Of a stretch of DNA of 64,000 nt, positions 46,786-56,372 are shown piece by piece; position 1 is the first letter of the stretch; the number at the start of each line of letters is the position of its first letter. The position numbers were made by a program, and so were the translations under genes. Source of the DNA: Candidatus Latescibacterota bacterium (GTDB taxonomy: Bacteria; Latescibacterota; UBA2968; GCA-2709665). The notes under the pieces are model-generated. The model was not told where the DNA came from, did not search any database, and worked only from the letters and a program-made list of their open reading frames with translations. The stretch is taken from assembly GCA_965116875.1 (NCBI GenBank), contig OZ220733.1:2624001-2688000 (forward strand), in the 5' to 3' direction.

Positions 46786-48723
46786 TCAGGAGGCCACCGG
46801 CTCTTGTACGTCCGGCGCCGCAACGATCTTTCGAATGGTATCCTTCTCGGAGCCGCAGCAACCGTTGTCTTTCGGACTGTCGTTGATGAGGGGAAGTTCG
46901 AGTTCGCCGTTTTCCGTCTCCCGGACCCGCAGTGTGTGTTCCGCTCCCGGCAGCGGCATGTCGCGGTTGCCCGCGTAAATGGGGTGCCGGCCCTTCGTCT
47001 TGAACCAGTCCGCCGTTGTGGCGGTCATATGCATATTCTCTATAATCTGACGCCATCCGACCCCCGTGTTGTACGCGCAGAAGGAGATTTCACCCTCCTG
47101 GGTACCGTACGGGATCACGCACATTTCAGTCCGGCGGAAGTCGTAGGTCCACAGGTCCTGGAACCACATTCCGCCGACCCACATGATGCGCCACTGCCTG
47201 TCGTCCGGCCTCGGTCCGCCGCTGATGGAACCCCCCACCCTGCGGTCCAGTATGCGTGCCAGATCCTGAATGCCGAACCCGGCCGGCGCCTTCCGCGGAT
47301 TGAAATTCCGAAGCAGCGACATGCCCACCTGCAGCTTGATCCATCCGGGGTCCCGCGCGGTGTCCGTCATCACCTCGATGTCCTTCATGAACTGTTCCTG
47401 GTTGAAGAACTCGGTAATGGACGCCCACTGCCTGGTCTTCTCGTTCACGACAATATGGACGGCGGAACCGCAGTTGGGATGACAGGAGCAGGTTTGTCCC
47501 CCGAACTCGACGTCCTGCCCGCGCAGATGGTCGGCCAGCGTGGTAAACAGCGTCCCCGATCCCAGCGGGTACCAGTCCCGATGGGCGTCGATCTTCCCGC
47601 CCGACCACGAATGGAGATCGTGGGCGAGGTGGGAAATGGTGTAGCGCTGCCGATGCCGCATCTCGTCGGTGATGTCCTCGTCGCGCCCGGTAAACGACAC
47701 GGGCTGGAAGGAAATCGAACCGACTTTGTCGCTGTTATCGATGCAGAACTGGAGAATCGGCCCTACCTGATCGTTGTTGATGGAGTTTAAAACGGTCGTG
47801 ACCGGGGTGATATCGACACCGGCGCGGGAGAGGTTCTCCATGGCCAGCAACTTGGCGTCGAACAGATTGGAAATGTGCCGGTGCTGATTGGCCTCATTGG
47901 TTACGCCGTCGAACTGCAGGTACGCCATGTCGAATCCGGCCGCCTTCGCCTCGAACGCGAAATCCGGTTCTTCGGCGAAGCGAAGCCCGTTGGTGGCGGC
48001 CTGAACGCACCAGTAGCCGACCTCTTTGGCATACCGGCACGCATCCAGAAAATGAGGCGAAATCGTGGGTTCTCCGCCCGAAAACTGTACCGACATCTGC
48101 CGGCGCGGTTTGAAGGAAATCGAAGCGTCCAGGATCCGCTTAATGTCGTCCATCGTCAGTTCGTGGACGTAACCGACCTGGTTCGCGTCCATGAAACAGG
48201 GATTGCACATCATGTTGCAACGGTTGGTCAGGTCGATCGTCAGCACCGCCCCCCGCCCGTATTTGATGCTGGACGTACCGTGGCGGTGTACGTGCTCGTC
48301 TCCCCATGTGCTGTAATCACGCCCCGGAAACCGGTTTTCTATCAGGTGCGTAAATTCCGGATCGATTGAGAGCACGTCCTCATACGGGCCATGGACCGAA
48401 CACGTCTTCCGCATCAGAACGCACCCGTTTTCCTCGAGGATCTGCGCCTTGATCTCCCCGGGATTGCCGTGTACGAGTTCTCCAATGTCCCGCGTGCCTT
48501 CGATGATGGCGGACCGAACCTCCTTCACGCAATCGGGACACAGCGAATCGGTTTCACGCGGAAACCCGAGCGTGGGCATGGATCGCTGGTAACTCTTCAA
48601 AAGCGGCGCCGACGCCCATGCAGGCTGGAATGGCTGACCCTCGGGGAGCCTGGTATTCACGCTCTGGAAGACATTCCAGGCGACGTTGGCGGCTCCCGAA
48701 ACGACTTGGTCGCGAAAACTCAT
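46786..48723 (-). CDS. Radical SAM enzyme of the MJ0619/Tes (tetraether lipid synthase, GDGT-MAS) family
   Basis: N-terminal SLCPDC..KTCSVHG metal site, DLTNRCNMMCNPCF, SGGEPT, YLQFDG, FQPVSFTGR, CSCHPNC, C-terminal MCVIPY..ISFCAYN. Confidence 0.82.
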   Translation of the reverse strand: MSFRDQVVSGAANVAWNVFQSVNTRLPEGQPFQPAWASAPLLKSYQRSMPTLGFPRETDSLCPDCVKEVRSAIIEGTRDIGELVHGNPGEIKAQILEENGCVLMRKTCSVHGPYEDVLSIDPEFTHLIENRFPGRDYSTWGDEHVHRHGTSSIKYGRGAVLTIDLTNRCNMMCNPCFMDANQVGYVHELTMDDIKRILDASISFKPRRQMSVQFSGGEPTISPHFLDACRYAKEVGYWCVQAATNGLRFAEEPDFAFEAKAAGFDMAYLQFDGVTNEANQHRHISNLFDAKLLAMENLSRAGVDITPVTTVLNSINNDQVGPILQFCIDNSDKVGSISFQPVSFTGRDEDITDEMRHRQRYTISHLAHDLHSWSGGKIDAHRDWYPLGSGTLFTTLADHLRGQDVEFGGQTCSCHPNCGSAVHIVVNEKTRQWASITEFFNQEQFMKDIEVMTDTARDPGWIKLQVGMSLLRNFNPRKAPAGFGIQDLARILDRRVGGSISGGPRPDDRQWRIMWVGGMWFQDLWTYDFRRTEMCVIPYGTQEGEISFCAYNTGVGWRQIIENMHMTATTADWFKTKGRHPIYAGNRDMPLPGAEHTLRVRETENGELELPLINDSPKDNGCCGSEKDTIRKIVAAPDVQEPVAS

Positions 48724-48866
48724 CTGGAGGTCCCTTCAAAATGGTCCAAACGAAACCGTTACCACATTGTGTAACGTAAAGTTACGGCAATACCGGATGG
48801 CCAATGCGAGAGGCAAAGAGAATATAAACAAAAACGTATCGCCGTCAAGCGCTTCGTGTTCAGTAG

Positions 48867-49646
48867 TTACACTCGTTGCCGCATAATTCGTTTCATGTTT
48901 TCACCGAAGATTCCCTTGCGCTGCCGCGCCGTGATCGCCGCTCCCAGCACCTTGCCCACACCGTCCTCCATCGACACATCCGTCGCAAACAGCACGCGGG
49001 CCGCACCCAACTCGCGCACGGCCATCTCGATGAACCCGTCGTCGTTCAGACTTCCGCTGGTGTCCACGTAGACGTTCGGGACATCCCGCAGTGTCTTGAT
49101 CGCCCACTCCCAGTCTCCCACGATCGGATGCCCCTCTATTATGGTAACTTCCGGATACTGTCGCGCCAGCCGGGCAAAGTCCGCGCTGTCCGATCGGTAG
49201 GTCTGCCACGGCCGGCCGGACACCGGCGTCTGCTTTCCCCCGTGGTGGAGAATCGGCACGCCCAGATCGATGCACCGCTCCACAATAGGCAACACCAGGG
49301 GGTCCCAGCACCTGCACTGGTTATAGAGCTTCACGCCTATCATACCGTGCTGTAGAATACACCGGTCGATTTCATCCTTCGCTTCGTCCTGGAACCGGGG
49401 ATCCAGAAATACATACCCCAGAATGCGATCGGGAAACCGCCGCATTGCGTGCAGGACGCTGTCGTTCACCTCCCGCATGCCGTCCGGCCGGGGGTTTTCC
49501 AATCCCTGTATCGGTATCGAACAGCAAAGCTGATCGATCTCCAGCCGGTCCGCGGCATCGATCACCACCCTGTCGTCGGTCCATTTGCCCCGCCAGCCCA
49601 CGGACGCGAGATTACCGGCGACGTGCATATGCGCATCGATCCGCAT
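48867..49646 (-). CDS. Amidohydrolase-2 family metal-dependent hydrolase
   Basis: IDAHMH, GVKLY, PILHH, VYVDTSG, VLFATD. Confidence 0.88.
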   Translation of the reverse strand: MRIDAHMHVAGNLASVGWRGKWTDDRVVIDAADRLEIDQLCCSIPIQGLENPRPDGMREVNDSVLHAMRRFPDRILGYVFLDPRFQDEAKDEIDRCILQHGMIGVKLYNQCRCWDPLVLPIVERCIDLGVPILHHGGKQTPVSGRPWQTYRSDSADFARLARQYPEVTIIEGHPIVGDWEWAIKTLRDVPNVYVDTSGSLNDDGFIEMAVRELGAARVLFATDVSMEDGVGKVLGAAITARQRKGIFGENMKRIMRQRV

Positions 49647-49861
49647 GCCTGCTGTTCCTGTTCGAATGACCCTGCCGCAAGACCTTGACGCTCCGATTTC
49701 CAATCCCTATTATGCCTCACGCGGGACGGATAAACAAGTGATTTTCGCGTGATTACAGTTTCGACCGGAACAGCGTGCTACCCGGCGCGGCTGACGCCGA
49801 ACACCCCAACGCGGGCGCGCCCGTGCGGATGCGCCCCGTATTTCAGAACAGGAGAGTTCCC

Positions 49862-50764
49862 ATGCGGCGGTTTACCCGAAAACCGTATCTGACAGGGTCC
49901 GAAGCCGTCGAACGCGGCCAGGTTCGCGGCACGATCGAGCTCGGCGAGACGCTCGTCATCGAGACACCCGGCGGCGCCGACGGCGACCTGAAGCCCGGCG
50001 TGATTCCCGAAACCACCACGCCGCGAGGCTCCCGCCAGGGAGGACCGTTTCTCATTGATGGCATCGAACCCGGCGACTGGGTTTCCATAGAAGTCATCGA
50101 TATCGAGGTGGGTCCCTACGGGTATTACAACAACGGCGGACCGTTTCGAGGCAGCCTGCGTTCGGTCGCTCCTGTCAGGGACGGCCTCCTGCACTTCCCT
50201 CCGGACTTCGTGGTCCCCATCCGCCCGATGATCGGCGTGATGCAACTGGCGCCCGTATCCTCGGATACGGGTCCCTGGAACCACGGCGGCAACATGGACT
50301 TCAATTCCATCTGTCCGGGCAGCATCGTGCATATCCGCTCGCAGCGATACGGCGGTCACTTCTACGTGGGCGACGTCCACGCCCGCATGGGCGACGGCGA
50401 ACTCACCGGCACCGGCGTGGAGATCGATTCCGCGCTCACGCTGCGCTTCGATCGCTCGCCGGGTTTTCCCGCGGGCGGCCCGGTTGTGGAAACCGCCGAC
50501 GAGATCCTCACCAGCGGTATGGGCGCGAACTGGGAAGAGGCGTTGAAAATCGCCTGGACGGACATGGTCGGACTCATCGCGGACCGTTACGATACCACGG
50601 TGGAACATGCCAACCTGATCGTGGGTACGATTGGCGACGCGCGGCCGGGGTACGCCGCGGGCCAACTGAATACCCGGGGCTTCAGGAAAGAAAACGCGTA
50701 CGTCACCTGCCAGATCGGCATCACGAAAGACCTGAACAGGACCGGGCGCCCGTTCCGGCCGTAA
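49862..50764 (+). CDS. Acetamidase/formamidase family protein
   Basis: RPMIGV, HGGNMD, GDVHARMGDGE. Confidence 0.85.
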   Translation: MRRFTRKPYLTGSEAVERGQVRGTIELGETLVIETPGGADGDLKPGVIPETTTPRGSRQGGPFLIDGIEPGDWVSIEVIDIEVGPYGYYNNGGPFRGSLRSVAPVRDGLLHFPPDFVVPIRPMIGVMQLAPVSSDTGPWNHGGNMDFNSICPGSIVHIRSQRYGGHFYVGDVHARMGDGELTGTGVEIDSALTLRFDRSPGFPAGGPVVETADEILTSGMGANWEEALKIAWTDMVGLIADRYDTTVEHANLIVGTIGDARPGYAAGQLNTRGFRKENAYVTCQIGITKDLNRTGRPFRP

Positions 50765-50794
50765 TTGACGTCTTCCTCTTCGAGAGGGCACCTC

Positions 50795-52951
50795 ATGTTC
50801 CATCATGACGAATTCCCCGATCGACTCGTTCACATCTCGGATGTCTCGTTCTTCGAAGCACTGGACCCCGATCACCCCGGGCTTGAAGAGGTCCGGTGCG
50901 CGGCGGATTCGAGACGCTACGATGAGGCGTTCGCCGCATGGTGGCGGCATTTCCTCTCCCGCAGCAACCCGGTCAATCCCTTTGCGCGTTCGGCGGATCA
51001 ACTCACGCCGAGGGTTGCCGCCAACCCGGACCTGGCGGACACCATCGTCAACGGGGGACGCCGACAATTCGGACAGGTCGATATCGACTTCTCCGGGCCG
51101 GTCGCGTTCAACGCCTGGTTTGGCGACCAGTCCAAATACGGCTTCCACTACCTGGGATGGATGGATTGCCTGACCAGGGCCGCCCTTGACACCCGCGATG
51201 TGCGGTACATCGACGCCTACCTCGAAATATTTCGACAGTGGTACGCCGCGAGACACGAAATCACGGGCGCCCGCCGGATGCATCCTGTTTTCTACGAACT
51301 CGGTCTCTCTGTAAGAAGCCACCGCTTCGTGAACTTCCTTTACGCCGTCAGGCTCCTGGAAATGGGCCGCCTGCTGACTCCCGACCACGTCCGCCTGTTC
51401 TTCAAGTCGCTCCTGGGCGCGGCCCGGTGGCTGACGATGGAACAAAACGCCAAAGGCTACCGCGAGGGAAACTGGCAGGTGCATGGCATCTCGGCGATGA
51501 TCCTTATCGGGTTCCTGCTGCCCGAACTCCGTGAGTCCGGCGACTTCCGTTCCGTCGGCGCGCACTACCTCGAGCAGCACATGGAGAAAGACTATTACGC
51601 GGACGGCGGCCACAGCGAACGCTGCTATTCCTACGGCAGCGGCTGCCTGCGCCACCTGGAAGAGGCCACCCTTCTGGCGGAAGCCAATCCCGACCTTTCC
51701 GTGCCTGCGACGCTCGATTGGCGGGAGCGAACCTCGAATGCCTACGCCTGGTTTCTCAAGATGTCCGGACCGGGCGGCGAAATGCCCGGCATCAACGACG
51801 GCGGCTTTCTGAACGGGACGGGCATCCTGAAACAGGCGTGCGACTTCACCGGAGACGGGACGTATCTCTGGCCCATCCGCCACAAGCCGGCCGCGAACGG
51901 TCCCGAGCCGGCAGAACCCGGTTTCGAGAGCCTTTGCCTTGATTCCAGCGAGTTCTGCGTGATGCGCTCGGGCTGGGAACCTGAAGACGGGTTCCTGCTC
52001 GTCAACCACGGGCAGTGGCCCGGCGGCCACAGCCACATGGGCATTCTGGACATTAACCTGTACGCCTACGGGGTGCCCCTGGCAGCCGAAGTTTCCCGGT
52101 TCGGTCCCTACGACGCACCTTGGGACATGTACTTCCGCTCCGAACAGGCGCATAACCACGTCGTCATCGAAGGCGCGCCCTCCGCCCGGCCCGAAATCCG
52201 GGGCGAAGAGATCCAGTTCGGCAGCACCGAGTCATGGGACTTCTTCTCCGGCCGGCACCGCGCGTACGAAGCCAGCGCGGGCGTTGTGATCGAACGCAGG
52301 ATCCTCTTCTTCAAGCCGTGGGGCTTCCTCGTCTCGGACGCGGTCGCGTGCTCGCATCGCCGGAGAAGCGCGCTCTGGTACCTGCACAGCGTCTTTCCCT
52401 TCACCACGCACGACACGGTCGCCTGCGCCGAAGGCGATCGCGCGGGCCTCCTCGTTGCCCCTGCGAACCGCAGACAGCTCAAATATGCGTTCAGCGGGAT
52501 CGATTACCTGGAGGAAATGGTGCGCGAAATCCCGGTCTACTCCGGCGATCCGCCCGTCGCGCCGTGGCCGGACCGGTATTTCATCGCCCTTCGGGGCTGG
52601 GGTGTCGCGGAGCCCGTCGTCCCGTTCGACGTCCTTCTGCTGCCGTATCAGGGCGCCCGTCCGGATGCGAGCGTCACGACCCTCGAGTGCCGGATCGACG
52701 GCCGCGCCGAATCTCCGGTTCTGCCCCGCGCGTTGAAGATTGCCGCCGGAGACCGTCACGTTCTCGTGATTCACGGCGCTCCGGGTGTCTCCGTCACCGC
52801 CAATGACATTTCCTTCTCGGGACACGCCGCCGCCATCGAAACCAGGAACGGCCGTCCGGAGAGGGCCTTCATTCACGGCGGCCGCCTCCTGACGGTAGCC
52901 GGGCGGAGCATCCCCATCTCAAGCCGGATGACGCAGGAAATCGAACTCTGA
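50795..52951 (+). CDS. Heparinase II/III-like polysaccharide lyase
   Basis: GNWQ, DGGHSE..SY, PGIND, VMRSGW, GGHSH, AHNHVVI. Confidence 0.8.
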   Translation: MFHHDEFPDRLVHISDVSFFEALDPDHPGLEEVRCAADSRRYDEAFAAWWRHFLSRSNPVNPFARSADQLTPRVAANPDLADTIVNGGRRQFGQVDIDFSGPVAFNAWFGDQSKYGFHYLGWMDCLTRAALDTRDVRYIDAYLEIFRQWYAARHEITGARRMHPVFYELGLSVRSHRFVNFLYAVRLLEMGRLLTPDHVRLFFKSLLGAARWLTMEQNAKGYREGNWQVHGISAMILIGFLLPELRESGDFRSVGAHYLEQHMEKDYYADGGHSERCYSYGSGCLRHLEEATLLAEANPDLSVPATLDWRERTSNAYAWFLKMSGPGGEMPGINDGGFLNGTGILKQACDFTGDGTYLWPIRHKPAANGPEPAEPGFESLCLDSSEFCVMRSGWEPEDGFLLVNHGQWPGGHSHMGILDINLYAYGVPLAAEVSRFGPYDAPWDMYFRSEQAHNHVVIEGAPSARPEIRGEEIQFGSTESWDFFSGRHRAYEASAGVVIERRILFFKPWGFLVSDAVACSHRRRSALWYLHSVFPFTTHDTVACAEGDRAGLLVAPANRRQLKYAFSGIDYLEEMVREIPVYSGDPPVAPWPDRYFIALRGWGVAEPVVPFDVLLLPYQGARPDASVTTLECRIDGRAESPVLPRALKIAAGDRHVLVIHGAPGVSVTANDISFSGHAAAIETRNGRPERAFIHGGRLLTVAGRSIPISSRMTQEIEL

Positions 52952-52953
52952 TT

Positions 52954-53131
52954 AGACCTACCCCCTGGCCCCCTTCCTGCAGGAAGGGGGAACATGGGTC
53001 GATAGGATTGGGTTTGCGCATGTGCCTGCATGGTATTCTCCTTTCAATAAGTGTGTTTTTGAACGACCGGCAGGGAATCCCCGGTTTACCTCCCCCTTTC
53101 CTTTAGGAGAGGGGGCCGGGGGGAGAGGTCT
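52954..53131. repeat. Inverted pair of C/G-rich hairpin repeats
   Basis: AGACCTACCCCCTGGCCCCCTTCCT..AGGAAGGGGG and CCCCCTTTCCTTTAGGAGAGGGGGCCGGGGGGAGAGGTCT are mutual inverted repeats. Confidence 0.7.
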
Positions 53132-53224
53132 GTGGGGCTGGGTGGGTTTTGAATTTGGTTTTCGCTTTTGGCTGATGGCTGACGTCTGATAGCTGACAGC
53201 CATGTCTCAATCAAGGAACACGAG

Positions 53225-54808
53225 ATGCCCCAACCACGCATGATGTTCTACCACGACGGACGCCACCCTCTCATCTATATGTACGAGCCTCCGATGCAGA
53301 AGGAGGAATTCGAAGCCGGCGTGGACGAACTGGCGGGCACGCCCGTGGACGCCATCATGTTCTGTCTGGGTGACGGCCGCACGTTCCTCCACGACACGAA
53401 AGTGGGCGAAATCTGGGGCCACAACGTGGAAAAATGGCCCCACCTCATCTTCGACAGGGCCAACCGGAACGCCATGCATCTCATCCGGGAAGGCCACGAT
53501 CCGCTCCGCCTTATCTGCGACCGGGCCCACGAGAAGGGCATGCTCGTCTACCCCACCCTCCTCGTGCAGCAGGGGCGCGGGGACCGCGGCGAGGATGTCC
53601 GGTGCTCCGATTTCCGGTTTGAGAACGCCCACCTCGAAATCGGCGCGCGTGGAGACCTCGATCCTGATTTTCCCGGCTTTTCCTGTCTCGACTTCAGTCA
53701 CCGGGAGGTCAGGGATGAACGGTTCGCGATTGTCGAGGAAACCCTGAACGCCTACCCGGTCGACGGCTTCGAACTGCAGCTCAACTACACGCCGTATTAT
53801 TTCCACCCGGACGCGGTTGAAGAAGGCAGGGAGATCATGACTGAATGGATCGACCGGGTCCATCGCGCCGTGAAGAAAAGCGGCGGTGAACGCGAACTTG
53901 CGGTGCGCATTCCGGCCGACGTTGTGGGATGCCTGCAGGTGGGGTTGGATGTGCGGGAGTGGCTGCGGCGGGGAATCGTGGACGTCCTGATCGGGCAGAC
54001 GTTTTCCACGCCGGAACTGCTCGACTCGACGGTCGACTTCGGTCCGCTCGTCGACGCGGCCGAGGGCGCCGGATGCCGGGTCCACGCCGCGCTGCACAGC
54101 CACGTCGACTCCGACCGCCTGGCCGAAGCCACCGTCGAAATGATCCGGGCGGCGGCCTGCAACTACTGGGCCCAGGGGGTTGACGGACTCTACCTGGCCC
54201 ACTGGTTCGGCAACTGGCCGTACCAGGCGTCTTTCTATGAGAAGCTGAGGGAACTGCCCCACGCGGACGTGATGGCCTCGAAGGACAAGTACTACTATGT
54301 TCCCACCGAGACCGGGCGGTACCCCAGGCCCGTCACCGAACCCGGCATCGGCATGAATCTTCCCGCGGGGCTGACCGTGGGAGGACCGGCCCATATAGAA
54401 ATCAGGATCAGCGACGATCTCCCCCGCTGGGATGCAACCGGGCGGGTACACGACGTTGTCCTGCGCGTGCGGATCATGAATTCCACCGAACTGGACCGGT
54501 TCCGTTTCCGTTTGAACGGGAAAGACCTTCCGGACACGCAGATGCGAAGGATCAACGAGATGTACCGCATGAGCGCCCCGCGATACCGGACCGGCTCAGG
54601 ATACTGGTACATATTCCGTCCGGACCGGACCAACTGGCCGCGCACGGGCCGGAACGAGCTGGAGGTCCACCTGATCGAGCGGGACCCGGGTGTCACTCCG
54701 GACGTCTACGTCCGCGACGTGGAACTGGAGATCCGGTACCTCATGGGGAGGAGCTTTCACCGGATGGACGATCCGGACCTGGGCCCGTCCGAACCTTCGG
54801 GGGAGTAG
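53225..54808 (+). CDS. GHL10/DUF187-like TIM-barrel glycoside hydrolase, paralog 1
   Basis: DPLRLICDRAHEKGM, LDFSHREVRD, VDGFELQ, GVDGLYL; C-terminal beta-sandwich. Confidence 0.7.
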   Translation: MPQPRMMFYHDGRHPLIYMYEPPMQKEEFEAGVDELAGTPVDAIMFCLGDGRTFLHDTKVGEIWGHNVEKWPHLIFDRANRNAMHLIREGHDPLRLICDRAHEKGMLVYPTLLVQQGRGDRGEDVRCSDFRFENAHLEIGARGDLDPDFPGFSCLDFSHREVRDERFAIVEETLNAYPVDGFELQLNYTPYYFHPDAVEEGREIMTEWIDRVHRAVKKSGGERELAVRIPADVVGCLQVGLDVREWLRRGIVDVLIGQTFSTPELLDSTVDFGPLVDAAEGAGCRVHAALHSHVDSDRLAEATVEMIRAAACNYWAQGVDGLYLAHWFGNWPYQASFYEKLRELPHADVMASKDKYYYVPTETGRYPRPVTEPGIGMNLPAGLTVGGPAHIEIRISDDLPRWDATGRVHDVVLRVRIMNSTELDRFRFRLNGKDLPDTQMRRINEMYRMSAPRYRTGSGYWYIFRPDRTNWPRTGRNELEVHLIERDPGVTPDVYVRDVELEIRYLMGRSFHRMDDPDLGPSEPSGE

Positions 54809-54872
54809 TCGCGCGGGATCAGTTCGGCTGGACGGGGAGAGACATCATCGGGAGGGATGGGAAAGGTAATCA

Positions 54873-56339
54873 ATGAGAAAAAAACGCACGATCTATTTCA
54901 ACGACGCCCGCCACTACTATCTGTTCGTCTTCGAACCGCCGATGCGTCTGGAAGACGCCTGGGTGCCCGTAGACGAGGTCGCCGGTACGGCCGTGGACAC
55001 GTTTGTCTACGGCGTCTCCCGTGCGGACGGTCTCTTCTACCCCTCCAGGATCGGCATCATGTTCGGTGACGATCTGCGGCCGTTCCGGCACGTCCACGAG
55101 TGGCGCGCCTGGGAGAACATGCAGAGTCTCATCGCCCGCGGCCTGGACCCTCTGACCGTCCTGGTCGACCGCGCGCACGAGAAGGGCATGGACTTCATCG
55201 CCAGCCTGAGGATGGGCGGCTACGGCGGCATGGCCCCGGAACACGCGCTCAATAACGGAGGGCGGGGTTTCGTCCATCCGGAAGTGCGCGATCATCAGCG
55301 GGCGATCCTGGAGGAACTCGCCACGCGGTACGCGGTCGAAGGCGTGGAACTGGACTTCGCCGCCTCGCCCGGCGGATGTCCCTTCTGGCTGCGGGCGGAA
55401 GACGCGTCCGAATACACGCCGGTGATGACGGATTTCGTAAGAGAGACCGCCGAAATCGTCCGTGGCCGGCCGGGGGGTGCCGCGTCGATCGGCGCCCGCG
55501 TCTACCCCACGGAAGAACTGAACCTGAAGGCCGGTCTGGACGTGCGGACCTGGATTCGGGACGGGTTGGTCGACTTCCTGGTTCCGATGCTCTATCTCGA
55601 CTTCGTCCTGGACGCCAATATGCCGGTCGGCTGGCTCGTGCAGGCCGCCCACGACCACGATATTTCCGTCTACGGCATGCTTCAGCCCTACAGCAGCGAC
55701 GAGAGCCGGCGGTTCAATACGGCCGAAAACGCGACCGCCCCGATGATGCGCGCGGCCGCCGCGAATTTCCGGGAACTGGACGTCGACGGCCTGTACACCT
55801 GGTTTCTCCCGTGGCCCGTGGACGAAGCCGGCCGCAGTCTCCTCTCGCAACTGGGCGATGCCGAGCTTGTACGGGAAGCCGACAAGCACTACTTCCTGCG
55901 CCGCCGGTGCGACGAGGCAGCCGAATACGACTACGGCGCCTATCTGCCCCTTGAGATTGCCTCACCAGAACCGGGAAGATACCGCGAGATCCCCTTCTCC
56001 ATCGCCGACGAACCCGAAAACGACCGGATACGGCGCATCCGCCTGAGGATCGGGGTCAGCAATCTCGTCTCGGCGGACCGGCTCGAGATCCGGTTGAACG
56101 GCGCCGGACTGGACGACAGGTCCTGTCGTCGTTCACCGATCCGTTCCCGGGATCCGTACGCGGGTCAACTGCTGGAATTCGACCTGGAAAACGTTCGTCC
56201 CCGGAAGGGCCGGAATGTGCTCGAAATATTCCTGCGGGAACGGCCTCCCGGATTCGAAGGAGGGATCGTGGTCGAAGACGTGGATATCTTCGTCGAATAC
56301 GGAACATTTCCGACTCCTCATCAGGGGTCGATCGAATGA
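54873..56339 (+). CDS. GHL10/DUF187-like glycoside hydrolase, paralog 2
   Basis: DPLTVLVDRAHEKGM..SLRM, HPEVRD, EGVELDF, VDGLY. Confidence 0.7.
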   Translation: MRKKRTIYFNDARHYYLFVFEPPMRLEDAWVPVDEVAGTAVDTFVYGVSRADGLFYPSRIGIMFGDDLRPFRHVHEWRAWENMQSLIARGLDPLTVLVDRAHEKGMDFIASLRMGGYGGMAPEHALNNGGRGFVHPEVRDHQRAILEELATRYAVEGVELDFAASPGGCPFWLRAEDASEYTPVMTDFVRETAEIVRGRPGGAASIGARVYPTEELNLKAGLDVRTWIRDGLVDFLVPMLYLDFVLDANMPVGWLVQAAHDHDISVYGMLQPYSSDESRRFNTAENATAPMMRAAAANFRELDVDGLYTWFLPWPVDEAGRSLLSQLGDAELVREADKHYFLRRRCDEAAEYDYGAYLPLEIASPEPGRYREIPFSIADEPENDRIRRIRLRIGVSNLVSADRLEIRLNGAGLDDRSCRRSPIRSRDPYAGQLLEFDLENVRPRKGRNVLEIFLRERPPGFEGGIVVEDVDIFVEYGTFPTPHQGSIE

Positions 56340-56372
56340 CCCGATGGGAATCAGGGCAGGTATCCGGCGGCG

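Noticed and set aside
49778-52159. Long antisense ORFs (also 17803-19479, 30747-32111, 33402-34751, 60701-62557)
   Set aside because: Shadow frames opposite well-supported genes, expected in GC-rich DNA; no recognisable motifs.
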